Source: Hyaloraphidium curvatum SAG 235-1
Lineage: Eukaryota; Fungi; Monoblepharomycota
Direction of reading: 5' to 3'
DNA: 64,000 bases
NCBI GenBank assembly: GCA_025558095.1
Contig: JAIVFI010000007.1
Coordinates: 806,001 to 870,000, forward strand
The first letter of the stretch is position 1; the number at the start of each line of letters is the position of its first letter. Below the pieces are notes generated by a model. That model saw nothing but the letters and a program-made list of their open reading frames with translations, made no database searches and was not told the origin of the DNA. The position numbers were made by a program, and so were the translations under genes. Shown here one piece after another: positions 57,874-64,000 of this stretch.

Positions 57874-59352
57874 ATGCCTGCCGTCAAAAACACTCGCTGG
57901 TGCGGTCTGCCGGGTCGATGGCCTGAAAGTGTCCCCGCCGACGCGTCTTCTCTGTCACCGCAGCCTCTACGTGACCGAGCCCGTGAACCGCGCTCCCGAG
58001 CTCTCGGACTTTAAGATTGTCTCCGAGGATCTCGACATCGACAATGTCGCGAAGGGCTCCGTGGTCACGGAGAACCTCTGTGCGTGTCTTTGAGGCCCGT
58101 TGCTCTTCTGTGCCGTTGACGTTCTTCTGCTCGTGGGCGTCGCCGCGTTGGCCCGGTTCAAGATGTCTCGCTGGATCCCTATCTCCGTGGCCGTATGAGG
58201 CAGGGCGTGAAGAGCTACATCCCGCCTTTCTCGCTCAACGAGCCTTTCGTCTCGCACGCTGTCTCTCGCGTGGCCAAGTCGGGAGCTGACGGCTTCAAGG
58301 AGGGAGACCTGGTCTACCTCATGGGCTCGTGGGAATCGTACACCGTAGGCGCTTTAGTCGTGCTCCTTCCATGGCCGTGTTTGACTCCATTTGGCCAGGT
58401 CCACAAGGATGCCTCCAAGGTGCCCCAGCTGAAGGTGCTGGAGCCGGCAAAGGGCATTCCGCTCAGCTACTACATCGGAGTGCTCGGCATGCCCGGTACG
58501 TTCCCTTGGCGCTTGTCTCCCTGGTGCTGATCTTCTCCGCTCCAGGCATGACTGCGTGGGCCGGCCTCATGGTGCTCGCGCATCCGAAAGCAGGCGAAAC
58601 ACTGTTTGTTTCGGCAGCTTCGGGCGCCGTCGGGCAGGTCGTTGTCCAGTACGGCAAGAAAATGGGCATGAGGGTCGTCGGTTGCGCGGGCAGCGACGAG
58701 AAGTGCGAATGGGTCAAGAAGGAGCTCGGCGCGGACGAGTGTTTGAATGTGCGTGGGCGGTTGGAGCGCTGTGGATTGCCCTTTGACCACCGAACTGCTC
58801 GCAGTACAAGAAGCCTCCCGGGGGAAGCATTGCCGCTGCCGTCAAGGCGGCCTGCCCCAACGGGATCGACGTCAACTTCGAGAACGTCGGCGGCGAGATC
58901 TACGAGGCCGTGCTGGCCAACATGAACAAGGGCGGACGCGTCTCCGTTTGCGGCTGGATCACTGGTCGGTCGCGCAGTTGATCGTGTCATTCGGGTTCTC
59001 ATTGAGTTTCCCAAAGACTACAACAAGAGCTCGATGGGTGGGACGCCGGAGAGGCTCGAGCAGGACCGCGTCGACAAGGATCTCGAGTACTGCCGCTGGT
59101 TTCTCGTTTCGGCGCCCGAGTTCAAGGAGCACGTGGCCGAGCAACAGAAGAAGACCACCGAGTGGATCCTGGACGGTTCGATGAAGGTGAAAGAAGACAT
59201 CCGGGACGGGCTGGAGCAGGCGCCGGCCGCTTTCATCGACATGCTCCAGGGTGAGCTGCACCGAGAGTCCATCGGAGATCTCTTCCTTAACCGCCGAATC
59301 GCACATAGGTGGCAACTTCGGGAAGGCAGTTGTTCGGATCAAGAAGGAGTAG
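57874..59352 (+). CDS. NADP-dependent alkenal/prostaglandin reductase (MDR, PTGR/CurA-like)
   Basis: VSLDPYLRGRM, GVLGMPGMTAWAGL, GETLFVSAASGAVGQ, AGSDEK, CPNGIDVNFENVGG, GNFGKAVV. Confidence 0.93.
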
Positions 59353-59357
59353 AAGCG

Positions 59358-59888
59358 TCAGCTTGCTGGGCGAGCTAATTTTCGCGGTGATTGCCGTTCC
59401 TTCGCCTGTTTCCAAGTCCGGGAACCCTCGTGTTTGAGCAGCCACTCCTTCGCTTCAAGTCCGCCGGCGTAACCGGTCAGGGTGCCGTTGCTCCCCACCA
59501 GACGGTGGCACGGGATGATAATGCTAATGGGATTAGTCGCGTTCGCCCTTCCGACGGCCCTGGCGCTCGCCACGCCGAGCTCCGAGGCCAGCTGGGCATA
59601 GGTCCGTGTCTCCCCCGCTGGGATCTCCCGCAACTTCTCCCAAACGCGTCGCTGGTACGGAGAGCCTTTCGGGGCCAGCTCCAAATTGAATTCTTTCCGC
59701 GTCCCCGCAAAGTACTCCTCCAGCTGCCTCCGTGGTTCGGTCAAGCGCACCGCGTCACGCACGGCGCCGGGGTGCCGCGCGAGTTCCCGCGTCGGATCGC
59801 GCGTGTAGAGGTGCGTGAGCGCTCCGTCGACATTGGCAATAATCAGAATCTCGCCGACTGGCGATTTCAGCGTGTCGTAGAAAGCCAT
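59358..59888 (-). CDS. ogt: Methylated-DNA-protein-cysteine methyltransferase (Ogt/MGMT)
   Basis: SPVGEI, QLEEYFAG, GSPYQRRVW, GETRTY, ARAVGRANATNP, IIPCHR active site, GYAGGL. Intronless. Confidence 0.95.
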   Translation of the reverse strand: MAFYDTLKSPVGEILIIANVDGALTHLYTRDPTRELARHPGAVRDAVRLTEPRRQLEEYFAGTRKEFNLELAPKGSPYQRRVWEKLREIPAGETRTYAQLASELGVASARAVGRANATNPISIIIPCHRLVGSNGTLTGYAGGLEAKEWLLKHEGSRTWKQAKERQSPRKLARPAS

Positions 59889-59946
59889 TCGTTGCTTCGG
59901 CGCGAGATCGCGATCACGGCGTAAACAAGCACCAAAATCATGCCAA

Positions 59947-61329
59947 ATGGAGGCCCATGCGCCTTCCGTAGGGTCTTCCAAAGCCGCCGAAGCTGCGAAC
60001 GAGGACCCATTTATTCACTGGGAAAGCGATGTCTCCGAGAACGAAGGGCTGGCAAGCGGCATCGCGCCCGAGTGCGTCATGACCGAGGCCGAGCTGCCTG
60101 CGGAGCTCGCCAGCACCGCGTCAGAGGACGAAGGAGGACATCGGCCTCTTGACGTGGTGCCGCGTCGTTTGGAATTGCATAAATCAGACGTCCGTGTTGG
60201 TTTCGAAGGAGATAGACTTCCGGACGCCGGGGGAGACACAGATTCCGATGCCTCCGTCCAGGAAGACTCTGGCTCGGACTTTGTCGACGAAGGCAGCCCT
60301 TTGCCAGAGTCATCTCATTCCTCTGACGATGCGGAAAGCGGCTCGGATTTCGAGGAACCGCGGAGGAAGAGACGCAGGACTGTTCAGAAGGCTCGCTCGC
60401 TGCCGAAGTTTCACAAGCTCCCACACGAAACCAGCGGACCGGAGGGAGTTAGCTCAGCGCCAGCAGAGCAGATGTCGGCACGTCCCGCCGTGCAGACACT
60501 ACCTACGCCACCAGCAACGCCTGCTACCGTGAGGACGACAAAACCAAGAACCCGAGAAACACCGCGGGCAGGGGACGGGTGCAAGCACCCCGGCTGCCGG
60601 TATTACCGTCTGTACGGTGATCCCCAGGAGGCAAAGAAGCTGTTTTGCGTGGAGCACAAACGGCCGACCGACGTTCCCATTTATCGGAAGAGCCTTTCCG
60701 AATGTTCGCGGGCAGGGTGCACTGCGATCGGCCCTTATGTCGCGCTGGATGGCTCGGGCCCTGCCTACTGTCGCAAGCACAGGCCGGACAATACGACACA
60801 CGTGAGCAACTTGAAGAAGCTGTGCAAGACGCCGGGCTGCACGTCACGTGCCGACTACGGGAACGACGACAAGCCCGTGGCCTGCATCGCGCACATGGAG
60901 AAGGGCATGGCCTCCTACCGGAGGACGCATCGGCGCACCTGCGCCCACGAGGGATGCCCGACCATCCCGAACTACAACTTTCCTGGCGTAAAGCCACCGC
61001 TCTTTTGTGCCCGGCACGCCAAAGTCGGCATGGTTCACCTTCGAAAGGATCATTGTCAGCACCCTGGCTGCCTCATTAAGCCCTATTATGACTTTCTCGG
61101 GGCAACGAAAGGGAAGTTCTGCAAGGCCCATGCCGAACCTGACATGATCGACGTGATGAGCCGCCTGTGTGAACATCCCGGGTGCGTCAAGGCCGCGTGG
61201 TGGGGACCGCCCGGGAAACGTGTCAAGGGTCTGAAGGGCTCGGCGAAGAGGGTTCGGTGTGGGGAATACAAGCTACCGGGCATGGTAGATTGCACTCGGC
61301 CTGTTCCACACAACGAAGAGTCAGAATGA
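59947..61329 (+). CDS. EsV-1-7 cysteine-rich repeat protein with acidic N-terminus and NLS
   Basis: About six repeats of C-x2-(P/E/A)GC...(F/Y)C-x2-H, e.g. CAHEGCPTIPNYNFPGVKPPLFCARHAKVGM and CQHPGCLIKPYYDFLGATKGKFCKAHAEPDMIDV. RRKRRR NLS. Confidence 0.82.
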   Translation: MEAHAPSVGSSKAAEAANEDPFIHWESDVSENEGLASGIAPECVMTEAELPAELASTASEDEGGHRPLDVVPRRLELHKSDVRVGFEGDRLPDAGGDTDSDASVQEDSGSDFVDEGSPLPESSHSSDDAESGSDFEEPRRKRRRTVQKARSLPKFHKLPHETSGPEGVSSAPAEQMSARPAVQTLPTPPATPATVRTTKPRTRETPRAGDGCKHPGCRYYRLYGDPQEAKKLFCVEHKRPTDVPIYRKSLSECSRAGCTAIGPYVALDGSGPAYCRKHRPDNTTHVSNLKKLCKTPGCTSRADYGNDDKPVACIAHMEKGMASYRRTHRRTCAHEGCPTIPNYNFPGVKPPLFCARHAKVGMVHLRKDHCQHPGCLIKPYYDFLGATKGKFCKAHAEPDMIDVMSRLCEHPGCVKAAWWGPPGKRVKGLKGSAKRVRCGEYKLPGMVDCTRPVPHNEESE

Positions 61330-61383
61330 TGCGCCATGAATCCTATTAAAGGAAGTGCAATTCAAGTTTCGGACTGGCTGTGC

Positions 61384-62568
61384 CTAATGCAGCGCGCACT
61401 CTTCGCGCACCAGATCCAGATAGGTCCGCAGTGTGACTGTTCCCTGCTCTGCAGCCTCCAACCCGGTCCCCTCAAGCGCCGAAAGCTCTGCCGCGATTCG
61501 GTCAAACTTCTTCAGCGCCCGATCGGCTCCGTCGTAGAGCTTCGATGCCGCGGCATAAATGTCCGCCGCAGCGGCGGCGTCGAACTCGCCGACGAAGGCC
61601 AGCGGCTTGAAAACGCCCCGCGAGGGATCCGGCGTCCCCGTGAAGAAGTGCACGTCCTGCGCGTCGGTGCCCGGCCGCGCCAGCAAGCTGACTTGGGCGC
61701 CGTTTGTGCGGAATCCTTCGGACGGCATGCAGATCCCCGATCTGCGGTCGCGGAGGATCGACATCATGTCATTGGGGCCAAAGGCGCCGGAAGATGACGC
61801 CTTGCGGAGGAGGTTCCAACCAGCCGATTCCCGTCCTTGGGTCTTGCGCCCCTTCGGTGGCGGCGGGTCGTCCGAGAAAGCCAGCGCAAAGTCGAGGTCG
61901 TCTTGGCCGTCGAAATACCCTGCAGCGATCGCGTATTCCCGCAAGCCAGCCGAGCAACGCTCGAACTTGGTCCGGATAGAGAGGCAGTTGGATATGTTGC
62001 GGCATCCCGAAGTGACGCGCTCCGCGGCCCACCATTTGCCGGCCGTCTCCAGCACCCAGGCTTCGGATCGGTCGGCGATCAGGAACGAGTTGTGGTAGGT
62101 GAAGCTGCCGCCGCCTTCCTCGCACGCCCCGGCCTGGCCGAACTCTTCGAGCAGCGAGGTGATGCACGACACGGCCTCTTCCGCGGTCCTGCACCTCTCC
62201 GCCGCGAGCCGCACGAGATCCATTCCCAACAGCGCCGGCGGGTCGTCGACTATCGGCTCCTTTGTCCACACAGCTTCGTTGCCAATGACGAGGCCAGCCT
62301 CGTTGGCGGCCATCTCCGCCCCCCACATCCACTTTGGGCGGGACAGCGCGACCGCGAGAGTTGAAGCAGCTTGTGGGATGGAGATATACGTGCACTGCAC
62401 GGTCGATTCGGGCCCGTGCGTCGCGGCCGCGTGGACCTCGACGAGCTGTACTTCGCGGCTCGGGCGGTCCGAGTTCTTGCCAAACACGACCCCTCCATGG
62501 GCGGTGGCCGGCGGCAGGGCGACAAAGGTGTCGCAAGAGCGCGGCGGAGGGCCCCAACGCGTCCGCAT
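61384..62568 (-). CDS. Secernin / peptidase C69 family Ntn-hydrolase
   Basis: SCDTFVALPPAT..FGKNSDRP..EVQ, WMWGAEMAANE, GNEAV, LLGMDLVRL, YHNSFLIAD, ETAG, RNISN. Confidence 0.92.
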   Translation of the reverse strand: MRTRWGPPPRSCDTFVALPPATAHGGVVFGKNSDRPSREVQLVEVHAAATHGPESTVQCTYISIPQAASTLAVALSRPKWMWGAEMAANEAGLVIGNEAVWTKEPIVDDPPALLGMDLVRLAAERCRTAEEAVSCITSLLEEFGQAGACEEGGGSFTYHNSFLIADRSEAWVLETAGKWWAAERVTSGCRNISNCLSIRTKFERCSAGLREYAIAAGYFDGQDDLDFALAFSDDPPPPKGRKTQGRESAGWNLLRKASSSGAFGPNDMMSILRDRRSGICMPSEGFRTNGAQVSLLARPGTDAQDVHFFTGTPDPSRGVFKPLAFVGEFDAAAAADIYAAASKLYDGADRALKKFDRIAAELSALEGTGLEAAEQGTVTLRTYLDLVREECALH

Positions 62569-62732
62569 CGTGGGGAGCGCGGGGCCGGAGTTTCGTGTCG
62601 AGGGAGCACGGCTGGGCCAAGCACGACCTGGACCTTACTCATCACCTGGCAGCGAATACAGCGCTCGGGACGGCCAGCTGTGGCGAAAATGTCCTCAAAA
62701 ACACATCAAGTTCTCTCTCTCGATCGCCCACA

Positions 62733-63993
62733 TTACAGTTTGGCAGCTCCGTTGGCTGGCACGCCCGCGGCACCCGAGGCCTTCATTCTGGCCACCTCCT
62801 CCGCCGAGAATCCGAGTTCGGCGAGGATCTCGTCCGTGTGCTGTCCCAGACCCGGTGCTCTCGTCGGAGCCTTCTTGGTCACCCCGCCGATCTCGACCGG
62901 CGTGCCCACGGTCATCCCCTTGCCTTCCGCAAACGGCCGAATCATTCCGGCCGCGCGGATCTGCTCGTCCGCAACGACATCGTCCAGGGTCGAGATCAGC
63001 CCGTAGGTTATGCCCTCGGCGTCGAATTTCTTCGCCAGCTCGGCGCGGTCGTGCTTTGCGAAGCTCTGGTCCAGGATCGCGATCATTTCGGGCGCGTGGT
63101 CCCTCCGTCCCTCCTTGGTCGAGAACCGCGGGTCCTCGAGGACCTCGGGGCACCCCAGGATCCGGCAGGCCGGAGCAATCAGCTTCTCGTTGAGGATCGA
63201 CAGGTTGATCCAGCGGTTGCAGGCGCAGCGGTAGTTGTTGAACAGGGGCGAGTTGGCCTCGTGCCGCGGCTTGGGGTTGCGGATGTCCCCGTCCTCGAGC
63301 TTGCCCTGGATCAGCGACGAGTTGGACCAGAGTCCATTGGCGAGGAGGGAGGTGGCCACCACACCGCCTTTGCCCGTCCGCTCACGCAGGTAGAGACCGG
63401 TCGCAATCGAGGCATAGAGAGCAAGCGCGGTCGGGTGGTCACCCATCCCGCCGACCGAGGTGGCAGGGGCACCTTCGTAGTCGGGCTTGACGAAGTCCTG
63501 GAGGCCAGACCTGGCCCAATCTTTGTGCGGCGCGTCAGGAGCTTCGGAAGCAGCCGAACAGCTACCAACACTCACAGGCCGTCGCGTCGAAGCCGGGCTT
63601 GTCCTTCTCCGGCCCGATTTCGCCCCAGGCCGAGACGCTAGCATAGATCAGCCGCGGGTTCAGCGCCAGCATCGACTCAGCGTCGATTCCCAGGCGCTTC
63701 CGACTCGGAAAGGGCACGTTGCAGACCAGAATATCGGCCTGCTTGGTCAGCCGCCGGAACGCTTCGCTTCCTTCGGGGCTCTTGAGATCCAGCACCAGGG
63801 ACCGCCTGCTCCGCCCTTCGAGCTCGAACATCCAGGTCTGCCCGTCCGCGAGGATGGTCCGGAACGGGTCTCCTTCGGGGTTCTCCACCTTGACGACGTC
63901 GGCGCCGAAATCAGCGAGGATCGTCGACGCCGACGGTCCCGCGATATAGGTCGCGCAGTCAATGACCTTCAGGCCAGCAAACGGGAGCGACAT
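62733..63993 (-). CDS. CaiB/BaiF family III CoA-transferase, PTS1-like C-terminus
   Basis: GLKVID..IAGP..LADFGADVVKVE..GDPFR, LDLKSPEG, NPRLIYASVSAWG, GFD, GMGD, APGLGQHTDEILAELG..AKL*. One intron ~63574-63520. Confidence 0.93.
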
Positions 63994-64000
63994 CGCGGCG

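Overview
High-GC eukaryotic genomic DNA, gene-dense, with short (~50-65 nt) GT-AG introns and CTGAC/CTAAC-like branch sites. Gene content (e.g. an ENA-type P-ATPase) fits an early-diverging fungus; this is inference only. About 35 protein-coding loci are visible, most split by introns that the ORF track ignores. I found no rRNA, tRNA, CRISPR array or transposase. Main finding: the 5'-truncated gene at the left edge (<1-3431) encodes a single-chain fusion of DabA/MpsB (DUF2309, beta-carbonic-anhydrase-like, all four Zn ligands present) and DabB/MpsA (NuoL/MrpA-like membrane subunit). This is a prokaryotic energy-coupled inorganic-carbon pump in a eukaryotic genome, with a probable spliceosomal intron. 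Second finding: a 7-copy family of unrecognised nuclear coiled-coil proteins sharing a 17-nt first micro-exon, an upstream GAGCTCCCAG element, SIM-like motifs and an NLS. Some copies are mosaic, and two are each followed by a RING/TRAF-like E3 gene in an inverted duplication. Also present: an EsV-1-7-repeat protein, a DM9-like secreted protein, two disrupted MYND genes and several housekeeping enzymes. All family assignments are by motif recognition from memory, without database searches; exon boundaries were read by eye.
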